43,488 nucleotides of DNA. Origin: a virus. Made by a program: the position numbers and the translations under genes. Shown piece after piece: positions 7,958 to 15,726 of this stretch. Every line of letters begins with the position of its first letter. Positions within the stretch are counted from its first letter, which is position 1. Location of the stretch: IMG/VR virus record IMGVR_UViG_3300037422_000481. The stretch is one strand, 5' to 3'. The notes below the pieces were generated by a model. It was given only the letters and a program-made list of their open reading frames with translations, was not told the origin of the DNA and did not search any database.

Positions 7958-9000
7958 GGCAACACAGTTGCCGTGAGGGGGCTCGAGAGCGTGCGCGGTC
8001 CAAGCTCGATCGCCTGGAAGGCGTAGCTGCGGCCGATCAGGCCAGCGTCTGGCGGGATCGCCCAGCTCAACGTCGAGGGCCCGCGCCGCAGCCATGTGCC
8101 GACGAGCGGAGACGCCAACCACCACTCGCCGGCCACGCGCACCTGGACAGGCACGCGCAGCTCGGAGGCGACCACGACCTCGACCCAGCCTGTGGCGAGG
8201 ATCTCGAGCTCGAGCGCACCGCCCATCCTGGACGGCTCGCTGAGCCGCAGCACGGGCTCGAGCTTCCCCTGGTCGCCCGCGCGCACGACTTGCACGCGCT
8301 GCGCGGGCGGGCCGTCCCCGACCTCGAGGCGTGAGCTCGAGACGCGCAGCGTCGCACACTTGATGGCTCCGCCACCGACTCCCATGCGACCCTGGCGTTC
8401 GTCCCCACCGCTGCCGCCATCGCCTCCGATCACCACCGAGTCGATCACGAGCACGGTGGACATCGAGGCCTCCACCGCCCAAGTACCCGCCATGCCGGCC
8501 GTACGCGCCGCGGAGGCCTGTAGCGTGCAGCGCTCGAGCACGACGAGCGTCGCGTCGGTGAGCAGCGCGGGCGCGGACACAAGCTCGTCCTCGCCCCAAG
8601 GGAACGGAGGCCGCCAGGCGGCCGCGCGCACGTCGCAACCCTCGAGCACGAGCGTCGAGGCCCACAGCCCGTTGCCGTAGATCGCCGGTTTCGTGATCGG
8701 GTACTGCGTTCCTCCGGCGCGCCCTCCGAAGCGGATGTTCACGAGCCGCACCGTGCCGGAGAAGGGACCGGAGATGAAGAGGGCCTCGGTGTAGCCGCCG
8801 AGCTCGCGCGACCCGACCAGCACCGGCGCTGGATCTCCCAGCAGAGTCAACGGGCGCTGGATCGAGACGGCGCCGTGCACGCCGCCATGCACGATCACGA
8901 CATCGTTCGCCTTGGCGGAGTCGAGTGCGGCCTGCAAGGTGTCGTGCGTGCCGGGCACGTGGAGCTGGGCGAGAACGAGAAGGAGCGAGAGGAGGGTCAT
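7954..9000 (-). CDS. Predicted exported parallel beta-helix protein, about 348 aa.
   Basis: The N-terminus is hydrophobic (MTLLSLLLVLAQLHVPG). With the alternative TTG 9024 start it also gains a K/R n-region. Repeated short beta-strand/turn units are typical of pectate-lyase-like folds (VVIVHGG, VRLVNIRFGG, LVLEGCDV, VVLERCTL, VLVIDSVVIGGDGG, LRVSSSRLEV). ATG 9000 overlaps the TGA of the upstream gene (ATGA). Confidence 0.6.
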   Translation of the reverse strand: MTLLSLLLVLAQLHVPGTHDTLQAALDSAKANDVVIVHGGVHGAVSIQRPLTLLGDPAPVLVGSRELGGYTEALFISGPFSGTVRLVNIRFGGRAGGTQYPITKPAIYGNGLWASTLVLEGCDVRAAAWRPPFPWGEDELVSAPALLTDATLVVLERCTLQASAARTAGMAGTWAVEASMSTVLVIDSVVIGGDGGSGGDERQGRMGVGGGAIKCATLRVSSSRLEVGDGPPAQRVQVVRAGDQGKLEPVLRLSEPSRMGGALELEILATGWVEVVVASELRVPVQVRVAGEWWLASPLVGTWLRRGPSTLSWAIPPDAGLIGRSYAFQAIELGPRTLSSPLTATVLP

Positions 9001-9236
9001 CGGAACTGGTCTCTTTTCGGGCAATCGACGTAGTGGCTCGCGTGAAACGTGTTGCCCTGTTCGTCCGTGCGCGCGAGTTCGGAGGAGAGCGGGTGCAGCT
9101 TCAGTTCACCCCTCTTGTTTCTGATCGGGACGAAGTAGATCGACTTCGCGCATCCGCGGCAAGGCACAAGGCGATCCTCGGGACCGACGCGCCAGCCGTA
9201 GCCGGCCCGAAACTCCCGAGGTTGTCGCTGCCTCAC
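8997..9236 (-). CDS. Hypothetical protein, 79 aa.
   Basis: Track ORF. GTG 9236 overlaps the TGA of the micro-ORF 9233-9358 (GTGA). Confidence 0.5.
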   Translation of the reverse strand: MRQRQPREFRAGYGWRVGPEDRLVPCRGCAKSIYFVPIRNKRGELKLHPLSSELARTDEQGNTFHASHYVDCPKRDQFR

Positions 9237-9358
9237 TCGAGCGTCGGTCGGTCACGACAGTCGAGCTCACAGCGCCGCAACGCCAGCTCGTAGGCCTCGC
9301 GGATCATGCCGCCGTCGATCGTCGTGAGCGTCGTCAGGGAGAACTTCTCGAGAGCCAT
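9233..9358 (-). CDS. Micro-ORF, 41 aa (MALEKFSLTTLTTIDGGMIREAYELALRRCELDCRDRPTLE).
   Basis: Not in the track. ATG 9358 lies 12 nt after the stop of the upstream gene. Its TGA overlaps the GTG of the next gene. Confidence 0.4.
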   Translation of the reverse strand: MALEKFSLTTLTTIDGGMIREAYELALRRCELDCRDRPTLE

Positions 9359-9369
9359 GACGGTGCCTT

Positions 9370-9726
9370 TCAGTGCTCGTGGTGGTGATATGTTTCGGGC
9401 GCATCGAACTCCAGCTGCTGCGGCCCAGACGCCACGGTAGCGCGCCCCTCGTCGAGCAGCTCACGCAACGCGGCGACCTCGAGCCCCAAGGTGTAGACGC
9501 TCGAGCGTCGCGACATCGCGCGCATGATCGCGTCCTCCGGGATCTTGCGCGCCTTCGCGGCTGCGCGCAGCGGAATCAGGCTGCGCAGCGCCGCCCAGTC
9601 CGCCTCGCCGAACGTGTTCCACAGTGACCACAGCGCGTGGCGCGGGCGGCCCTCGGCGAGCGCGCTCTCCTGGTGGGCCCGCACCCACTCCTGGAGCTCG
9701 GGGTCGGTGATGTCCTCGATCTTCAT
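9370..9726 (-). CDS. Hypothetical protein, 118 aa. First gene of a minus-strand block.
   Basis: ATG 9726 (MKIEDITDPELQEW...) is preceded by GAGGGA. Internal start of track ORF 9370..10122. Confidence 0.65.
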   Translation of the reverse strand: MKIEDITDPELQEWVRAHQESALAEGRPRHALWSLWNTFGEADWAALRSLIPLRAAAKARKIPEDAIMRAMSRRSSVYTLGLEVAALRELLDEGRATVASGPQQLEFDAPETYHHHEH

Positions 9727-10197
9727 GGCGGCTTGTCCCTCACGCGCCTCCGGCGCTCGCGGAAGCGTCCAGTGGGGTCGTTCGAGAGTAGCATCTCTGG
9801 AAGAAACCCGGAAACGGAACCCTGCGGTCAGCACCACCCCACCCTCCGTGGCAGGTGAGTGCCAGGATGGCAGAGCGGTCGGTCTTTCCCGGGCTCGTGT
9901 TGCCTCTCGCTGTATGCCCGGACGCTGGCTTACCCCAGTCGCACCCCTACGCAGCGGGCGGCGCGTACAGCCTCCACGCCGCCAGTCGCCTCGAGGACCA
10001 GTCTCCGATTCCGAAGAATCTCCGGCGTGGTCCTGAAAACCCGGGGTAGCTCTTGCGCGGCACGCCCGCGACAGCCACCTTGGTACCGGCTGTTCATACA
10101 GGCGTTGGTCTACCGCCGCCAAGCAGACCAGTCAACGGGGGGCGCGCTTCTTCGGGGGCGCGCCCCCCTTGCCTTTCCAGGCACCTTCCAGGGTAGG
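9727..10197. other. Gene-free divergent region of 470 bp. It could be a control region, and it is a candidate structured plus-strand ncRNA.
   Basis: No frame shows the strong third-position G/C bias seen in the neighbouring genes. Several local hairpins are present (for example gattc-cgaa-gaatc near 10005). An intrinsic-terminator-like hairpin sits at its 3' end (10137-10178). I saw no tRNA T-loop consensus. Confidence 0.4.
10137..10178 (+). terminator. GC-rich hairpin plus T-rich tail, about 20 nt upstream of the GroES-like gene.
   Basis: An 11-bp perfect stem ggggggcgcgc (10137-10147) pairs with gcgcgcccccc (10158-10168). The loop is 10 nt. It is followed by ttgcctttcc. Confidence 0.5.
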
Positions 10198-10512
10198 ATG
10201 CCGCCCATGTTCCGACCGGACGAATGGGTGCCGCGGCTCGACTACCTGATCGTGGGCCTGGTGAGCGAGGTCCAGGAGCCCGGCCCGAACGACATCATCG
10301 TCCCGGACAGCGCCAAGGAGAAGGAGGAGTCGATGCGCGCGATCGTCTCCGCGGTTGGCCCGGGCCTGCAGTACGAGAGCGGCGCCCGCAAGCCGATCGA
10401 CCTCGAGCGCGGCGACGAGGTCCTGCTCCTCACCGACCAGGACTGCGTCGACATGGGCGGAGGGTACTACCTGGTGCGCGACCATCACGTGATCTCGAGA
10501 AAGAAGGGCTGA
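10198..10512 (+). CDS. groES: GroES-like co-chaperonin (Cpn10 family), about 104 aa.
   Basis: The sequence LDYLIVGLVSEVQEPGPNDIIVPDSAKEKEESMRAIVSAVGPG...RKPIDLERGDEVLL aligns by eye to the canonical GroES pattern (IIIPDTAKEKPQEG.VVAVGPG ... PLDVKVGD.VLF). ATG 10198 or 10207 could be the start. Confidence 0.8.
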   Translation: MPPMFRPDEWVPRLDYLIVGLVSEVQEPGPNDIIVPDSAKEKEESMRAIVSAVGPGLQYESGARKPIDLERGDEVLLLTDQDCVDMGGGYYLVRDHHVISRKKG

Positions 10513-10826
10513 TGTTCAAGGGAGTCCGTTCGATCTACCAGCGCCGGCTCGCCGACGATGACGTGCGCGACCTGACAGAGATCATGGCGGGGATCGCCGA
10601 TCTCACCGAGCTGATCCAGGCGTGCTTCGATCGGGGCGTCGCGCGCGACCAGGCGCTGGCTCGACTCATGGAGTGCGGTGCGTGGTGCGACCTCGCGTTG
10701 CGCGCCAAGCACGAGAACCCGAAGACCGAGGAGCGGCTCATGCCTTCGGGCGCCCCACCCGGAGCGGACAGGAAGAAGCGCGAGGCGAACGACCCGGTGG
10801 ATCCGCGCGCGTCCAAGATGTCATGA
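10512..10826 (+). CDS. Hypothetical protein, 104 aa.
   Basis: ATG 10512 shares one base with the TGA of the GroES-like gene (TGATG). Lies in the frame of track ORF 10224..10826. Confidence 0.6.
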   Translation: MFKGVRSIYQRRLADDDVRDLTEIMAGIADLTELIQACFDRGVARDQALARLMECGAWCDLALRAKHENPKTEERLMPSGAPPGADRKKREANDPVDPRASKMS

Positions 10827-10832
10827 TGCTGC

Positions 10833-11468
10833 ATGCACATCCGAGCCGGAGCTCACTCGAATGCTCCCGTCGACGCCCGTCGCTTCGTGAAGCCGGAGCG
10901 CAGCCATCTCGTGCGCGGCGCTCCGCCCCCGGCCAAGCCGCCCTTCTTCGTCCTCGGCAGGCCGCGATCGCGCACAGCATGGCTCGCGAACTGGCTCTCC
11001 TACGGCGACCATTCGCTGTGCCTGCATGATGAGGCCTGCTCGTGGCAGGCATTCGAGACGACCACCCGGGACCGGCTGCGCCTCGCGGGTTCGCAGCTCG
11101 TTGGCTCCGCGAACACCGCGCTGATCCTCTGGCACACGCTCCTCGTCTCGACCTTCCCTGACGCGCGCTTCGTCTTCTTGCTCTCCGAGCCAGACGCGTT
11201 CGATCGTTGGGCCAAGAAGAACGGACTCGACGACGAGATGCGCCGCGTCACGAATCAGGCTTATTGTGACGCCGAACGCGCGCTGGGCCATCTGGAGAGA
11301 ACAGTCTGCGTCCGCGTTGGAGATCTCGGCCGCCGCGACGCGCTCGAGCTTGTCTGGCGACACGTCGGGATCCTCGCGCCATTTCCCGAAGAGCGCCGCC
11401 TCATGCTCGAGGATCTCGACATCCAGCAGCTTCCGCGGAAGATCTTGGCGGCCTGGACCGAGGAGTGA
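10833..11468 (+). CDS. Sulfotransferase-fold-like protein, 211 aa (tentative).
   Basis: Track ORF. FFVLGRPRSRTAWLANWL resembles the 5'-PSB loop of sulfotransferases (xxGxPRSGTTxL). FVFLLSEPDAFDRW resembles the later RDPxD segment. This is a by-eye assignment only. Confidence 0.45.
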   Translation: MHIRAGAHSNAPVDARRFVKPERSHLVRGAPPPAKPPFFVLGRPRSRTAWLANWLSYGDHSLCLHDEACSWQAFETTTRDRLRLAGSQLVGSANTALILWHTLLVSTFPDARFVFLLSEPDAFDRWAKKNGLDDEMRRVTNQAYCDAERALGHLERTVCVRVGDLGRRDALELVWRHVGILAPFPEERRLMLEDLDIQQLPRKILAAWTEE

Positions 11469-12052
11469 AGCCCACGCTCGAGCAGGTCGTCGCGCACGCG
11501 CTCGAGGAAGCGCCGACTGCGCTTGCGCCCGTGCCCGGGCACGGCCCATGGATGATCCCCAGGGACGCGCAGTCCGAGCTCGTGAGCTGGATCGCCGCGC
11601 GCGTGCTCGCCTACTACCTGGCGACCGCCGGCATCCCCGCGAAGATCGAGCTGAGCGAAGGTCTGTGCCTGCTCGAGCTCGCACACCAGCGCGCGCTCAT
11701 GCTGGGCGCGGTGCGCAGCCACGGGGGCCTCTACATCTTCCAGGCGCCGATCGTGCCCCCTGTCAAGTTCGTGGCCGTGCTCGCCTTCTTCGAGCCGGGC
11801 GGCGTCCTGTGGGCCTTGGCGACCGCGGAGAACACGCGAGCGATGGCCACCATCGTCGGCGGCAGGCGCCTGCTCATTCCAGATGTCGAGAGCGCGGAGG
11901 GAGGGCTGCAGACCACGCTCGAGCTGGTCGAAGGGCTGCGCGTCCTCAGCGCGGCCCCCAAAGAAGAAGGCCGGGCCCCGGGGAGTCGGGCGTCTCCCAA
12001 GGAACCCGGCCAGGCATCTCCACCTGCGAAGGTGGATGCTACTTCGGCTTGA
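11465..12052 (+). CDS. Hypothetical protein, 195 aa.
   Basis: GTG 11465 overlaps the TGA of the previous gene (GTGA). Track ORF. Its 3' end overlaps the convergent VRR-NUC gene by 14 nt. Confidence 0.6.
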   Translation: MKPTLEQVVAHALEEAPTALAPVPGHGPWMIPRDAQSELVSWIAARVLAYYLATAGIPAKIELSEGLCLLELAHQRALMLGAVRSHGGLYIFQAPIVPPVKFVAVLAFFEPGGVLWALATAENTRAMATIVGGRRLLIPDVESAEGGLQTTLELVEGLRVLSAAPKEEGRAPGSRASPKEPGQASPPAKVDATSA

Positions 12053-12341
12053 CCTCCAGCACCAGGCCGACGGCCACGAGCGCATCGCGCGCGCTCTTCA
12101 CGATCGCGATCTGGCCGCCCCAGCCGACATGCCAATCCAGCTGAGCTGGCGTGAGCGCTTGAGCCGTGGGCGACTTCAGCGGGTTCTTGACCTCGAGCAG
12201 GAAGTTCATGCCGTTGTAACCGACCAGGAGGTCCGGGCAGCCCTTGCCGACCGCGTGAAGCGGCTGCACCGAGGCGCCAGCCTTCCGGAGCGCCTCGGTG
12301 ATCTCAGGCTGGTTCTCGTCGACGTTAGCGCGGCGACGCAT
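12039..12341 (-). CDS. VRR-NUC-like PD-(D/E)xK nuclease, 100 aa.
   Basis: GKGCPDLLVGYNGMNFLLEVK (D...ExK core) is followed by LTPAQLDWHVGWGGQIAIVKSARDAL, the typical VRR-NUC layout. ATG 12341 is an internal start of track ORF 12039..12452. Confidence 0.65.
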   Translation of the reverse strand: MRRRANVDENQPEITEALRKAGASVQPLHAVGKGCPDLLVGYNGMNFLLEVKNPLKSPTAQALTPAQLDWHVGWGGQIAIVKSARDALVAVGLVLEVKPK

Positions 12342-12615
12342 CCGCCGCCGGCAAGGGCACGTCCTTGAAGGTGACGGGCGCTCCAGGAGCCGAGCCCCAA
12401 GGGTCGTCGCGCGGCGCTTCGGGCGCCTGGCACAACTTGCTTTCAAGGGCATCCCGGAGGAACTGCGCGAGCATGCGCTCGCGCCGCACCAGGAACTCGG
12501 CGACTTTGGCGATCTCGAGCACCTGCAGATGCTCGAGCCGCTGTGCCAAGAGCTCGATCCTTCGGTCGCTTCTCGTGCGCAGGCCGGTCTTCTCGGCCAG
12601 GTTCGGCTTCTTCAC
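12325..12615 (-). CDS. Hypothetical coiled-coil protein, 96 aa.
   Basis: GTG 12615 is preceded by GAGGAG with a 5-nt spacer. It overlaps the TGA of the upstream gene (GTGA). Confidence 0.55.
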   Translation of the reverse strand: MKKPNLAEKTGLRTRSDRRIELLAQRLEHLQVLEIAKVAEFLVRRERMLAQFLRDALESKLCQAPEAPRDDPWGSAPGAPVTFKDVPLPAADASPR

Positions 12616-12974
12616 GGAATCTCCTCGGCGGCTTCTCCGCCCGTGTCTTCGGCCCTGTGAATCCTCCGCTTGTTGATCAGCCGGATGCACCACTCGTAGA
12701 GTTGGAACAGCTTCAGGTTCGCGGAGTTGCGCACTTCGAGTTGCCCGAGGTAGTCGCGCGCCTCTGCCTCGGATGCGAAGAAGGTCGCGAGATCCGGCGA
12801 GGAACTCGCGACCGTGGCGTGCTGCTTCGAGATCAGGAAGCGCTCGTCCTTGGTGAGGAGCACGTAGATCTGCTTGCAGAGCGGCACGGACATGGAGACC
12901 ATCCCAAGAGTCATGAGCGGGACGGGCTGGGCTTTCTCTACCCAGGGTGTCTCGACTGCGATGCGGTTGGTCAT
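12612..12974 (-). CDS. Hypothetical protein, 120 aa.
   Basis: Track ORF. ATG 12974 overlaps the TGA of the upstream gene (ATGA). Confidence 0.6.
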   Translation of the reverse strand: MTNRIAVETPWVEKAQPVPLMTLGMVSMSVPLCKQIYVLLTKDERFLISKQHATVASSSPDLATFFASEAEARDYLGQLEVRNSANLKLFQLYEWCIRLINKRRIHRAEDTGGEAAEEIP

Positions 12975-14143
12975 GAGGGGTTCATCCTCTGCGTACTAGC
13001 CGGAGAGCTCGGCACTCCATCGTCCTCGCCAGCGAAGAGCTCGCCCGTCTTCGTGCGGCGCAGGAACTCGCGCGTCTGTCCGCGGGTCATGACGTCTCGT
13101 TTCGCGAGGCCGATCTCCTCGCGGTACTTGTTGAGCTGGCGCTGCGACGCGGAGCCGGCGGCGATCGCCGCAGCCAGCTCGGTGAGCAGCGAGTGCGTCA
13201 CCGGCTCATCGTCGTCGTCGGCCTTCTCCGCCGGAGGCGTCGGCGCGGGGGCCGTGCCGGCGGTGCTCGCGGCCGCCACCTTGTCGAGGCCTTCCTTCGC
13301 GCTGCCGGCCTTCGGCACGCGGAAGTATTCCTCGCGGTTCGAGTTGCCATCCTTCAAGGACTGCGCGATCGCCAAGAGGTCCGCGAGTTCGCGCTCGTCG
13401 ACCTGGGCGATGTCGTGCTCGAGGAAGGCGTCGATCATATCCTTCGTGACGGCGAACTCCTGGAACACGAAGAGCAGCTTCTTGCAGGTCGCGTCGCGGT
13501 CGAGCGCGAGCGATTGCTTGGCGCCCTCCGCTCGCGTCTTGGAGGCTACCCGCAAGGCGTCCTCGATCACGTCAGGCGGTATCAGCTTGAGGATCGAGTT
13601 GCGCTCGCAGAACGCGCCCCACTTCGCCGTGGTCTCGCGCAGCTCGCGCTCGTCGTCCGTGACGATCCACTCCGTCACGCCCGTCTTCGCGTTTTCGCGC
13701 TGGAACTTTTTCAAGAAGCGGTGCTCGGTCTCGGTGTAGGCGTTGGTCTGCACGTCGTGCGCCCAGCCGCAGAGCTGGCGCGCCTCGGGCGTGTCCTCGA
13801 CGATGCGGATGCCGGAACGGATGTTGCCCCAGTACTGCGCGATCAGCCGCGCAAGCTGCACGCTGGGTCCAGAGATCTGGGTCGTCTTGCCCTTGCTTCG
13901 GCGCGGGAAGGAGTACGTCGCTTCCTCGGCCACGCCCCGCCGGCCGCACGCCGTCATGATGGACGTGTGAGCGCGGAGCTCGTCGCGCGGGCGCGCCATC
14001 GCGGCGAGGATGGAGGCCTTGATCAGGCCTTCCTCGCGCGCGATCGCGGCCGCGGTGAGCGGTGTGAGCCCTTCGCCGTTGCGCTGGACCGTGGCCGGCA
14101 CGAAGGAGGGCGCCGGCACGACGTCGTCGATGTCGGAGCTCAC
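12971..14143 (-). CDS. Putative recombination (single-strand annealing) protein, 390 aa. The function is inferred mainly from position next to the exonuclease.
   Basis: GTG 14143 is preceded by AAGGAG with an 8-nt spacer and overlaps the exonuclease TGA (GTGA). Internal start of track ORF 12971..14569. The core ...ATYSFPRRSKGKTTQISGPSVQLARLIAQYWGNIR... could not be placed by eye in RecT, Red-beta or Erf. Confidence 0.4.
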   Translation of the reverse strand: MSSDIDDVVPAPSFVPATVQRNGEGLTPLTAAAIAREEGLIKASILAAMARPRDELRAHTSIMTACGRRGVAEEATYSFPRRSKGKTTQISGPSVQLARLIAQYWGNIRSGIRIVEDTPEARQLCGWAHDVQTNAYTETEHRFLKKFQRENAKTGVTEWIVTDDERELRETTAKWGAFCERNSILKLIPPDVIEDALRVASKTRAEGAKQSLALDRDATCKKLLFVFQEFAVTKDMIDAFLEHDIAQVDERELADLLAIAQSLKDGNSNREEYFRVPKAGSAKEGLDKVAAASTAGTAPAPTPPAEKADDDDEPVTHSLLTELAAAIAAGSASQRQLNKYREEIGLAKRDVMTRGQTREFLRRTKTGELFAGEDDGVPSSPASTQRMNPS

Positions 14144-15009
14144 GAGGTTTGCTCCTTCGTCATCGACTCGAGGAGGGCCCCGAGTTGCGCCTGGTCGGGC
14201 GTGTACCAGGTGGGCAAGCCGATGTCGGTGGGCAAGCCGGAGAGGTCGGGCCACTGACCGCTCTTCTGGCAGGCCGCGAAGACCTGCAGCAGGAAGTCGA
14301 TCTCGAGGCGCCCGAGGTTGATGGCTTCCTGCGTCAGGCGGTACACCGCCGCGTCGTACGGAGCGCAGCGCTCGTAGGCCACGCAGTAGTAGGCCGGCAG
14401 ACGCCCTTCGTGCGTGGCCGCGTAGCCCCACGAGTACCAGGCCGCCTGCAGGTGCAGCTTCTGGCTCGCGATCGTGCGCGCGAACGAGAAGAGCGAGCAG
14501 TCCTCGGTGGTCTTGAGGTCGCAGATGACGTCGGGCCCCGGCAACAGGATGTCGAGGCGCCCCTTGCACGGCGTGCCGTCCGGGAGCTGCCAGGCGAGCG
14601 TGACCTCACGCATCGCGCCCGGGTGCTCGAGCAGGAGCTTCACGTAGGGCTTGGCCCGGATGGACGCGGCGATGCCGCGGATCGCTGCGCCTTGGTTCGC
14701 GGTGAGACACACCGCGTCGGGATGTTCAGCCTCGAAGACCTTCCATTCCTTGAGGCGACGGTCCGAGACGGGTCCGATCGCGTGCGCCGCCTCGAAGCGC
14801 GCCGGCTCGAGGATGGCGCAGTGCACCGCCTTGCCGACGAGCTGCGCGTCGGTCTCTTCGTCGTCCGGATGGTCCTTCCTGTAGCGGTAGCGCGCGGGGC
14901 TTCGCGAGAGCTCGACGAGGTCGCTGCGCGAGAGCGCGTCCGTCTGCAGGTACTGAGCCCAGCCGATGTCCTTGTGAACGCCTGGAGAGAGAGAGGTCAC
15001 GGTTTCCAT
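14140..15009 (-). CDS. PD-(D/E)xK exonuclease (RecB/RecE-C-terminal/YqaJ-like), 289 aa.
   Basis: GRLDILLPGPDVICDLKTT (D...DxK) and QKLHLQAAWY (QxxxY) are typical of RecB-family phage exonucleases. ATG 15009 is preceded by AAGGAA with an 8-nt spacer. Confidence 0.7.
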   Translation of the reverse strand: METVTSLSPGVHKDIGWAQYLQTDALSRSDLVELSRSPARYRYRKDHPDDEETDAQLVGKAVHCAILEPARFEAAHAIGPVSDRRLKEWKVFEAEHPDAVCLTANQGAAIRGIAASIRAKPYVKLLLEHPGAMREVTLAWQLPDGTPCKGRLDILLPGPDVICDLKTTEDCSLFSFARTIASQKLHLQAAWYSWGYAATHEGRLPAYYCVAYERCAPYDAAVYRLTQEAINLGRLEIDFLLQVFAACQKSGQWPDLSGLPTDIGLPTWYTPDQAQLGALLESMTKEQTS

Positions 15010-15254
15010 AGGTCCTGTTCCTTGCAGTGGAGAATGTCGGCGCAGGCCTTGATCAGCCAGCGCTGTCTGGGTCGTGGCCCTGGCGCGTCCCGTCCGTCCA
15101 GCGTCGCGTAGAGGCCAGAGAGCGACGGCACGGGGAGGGGGCGTCCGTTGGGGCTCGGCCTCCGGCACGAGAGCCCGTCGCGGATGGCCTGCATCGAGAG
15201 TCGCAGCGCAAGGCGCCGGGCGCGGAAGTAGCGGCCTTGCCAGGGGGTCTTCAT
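14997..15254 (-). CDS. Small basic protein, 85 aa. Possible HTH regulator.
   Basis: Track ORF. The N-terminal ...RARRLALRLSMQAIRDGLS... is weakly XRE/Cro-like. It is the third ORF of the early/recombination block, after the two short ORFs 15453-15626 and 15265-15456. Confidence 0.45.
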   Translation of the reverse strand: MKTPWQGRYFRARRLALRLSMQAIRDGLSCRRPSPNGRPLPVPSLSGLYATLDGRDAPGPRPRQRWLIKACADILHCKEQDLWKP

Positions 15255-15264
15255 GCCCCCGAGT

Positions 15265-15456
15265 CTACCCCGCTTTCCAGCGTTTTTCCAGAATCATTTG
15301 GCCGGTACGTGATCCACGGGTTCGACGGGTTGCCCAGAATCTACCGTCCTCGGCCTCCGTAAGGCCGTGCAGCTCGACAAGGTGCCAGCCCCGCGCCTCG
15401 GCGAGGCGGACGAAGGCGAGGGGGTCGGAGCCGAGTTCGACCGTGGGCTCGCTCAC
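15265..15456 (-). CDS. Hypothetical protein, 63 aa.
   Basis: GTG 15456 overlaps the TGA of the upstream 57-aa gene (GTGA). Lies in the frame of track ORF 15265..15495. Confidence 0.45.
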   Translation of the reverse strand: MSEPTVELGSDPLAFVRLAEARGWHLVELHGLTEAEDGRFWATRRTRGSRTGQMILEKRWKAG

Positions 15457-15626
15457 GACCCACTTCTCCCGCGCGGGACGCCCGATCCTGGGCACCCCGC
15501 GAGGAGTCGGCCGCTGGCGAGCAGCTCGACGACGGCAGCGAGCCTTCCCTGGTCGACGACCGGAACGCCCAGAGCAGCGGCGAACTCCGTGACGGTGACG
15601 AACCCGTCGGTGATGAGCGTGTCCAT
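15453..15626 (-). CDS. Hypothetical protein, 57 aa. Possible small winged-helix/HTH protein (MDTLITDGFVTVTEFAAALGV...).
   Basis: ATG 15626 is an internal start of track ORF 15453..15785. No clear RBS. Confidence 0.4.
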   Translation of the reverse strand: MDTLITDGFVTVTEFAAALGVPVVDQGRLAAVVELLASGRLLAGCPGSGVPRGRSGS

Positions 15627-15726
15627 GACGGCGCGTTCGTAATGCCAGCCGTCAGGAGCTGGAAGTAGGAGATGGCTTCTGTACCCAGTCTTCTGGGGCC
15701 ACAGCGAAGGGGGGGGGTCGATCTTC

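Noticed and set aside
9780-10135. A tRNA or tmRNA gene in the long intergenic region.
   Set aside because: I could not find a T-arm consensus (GTTCGAATC/GTTCAAATC or its reverse complement) or a cloverleaf by eye.
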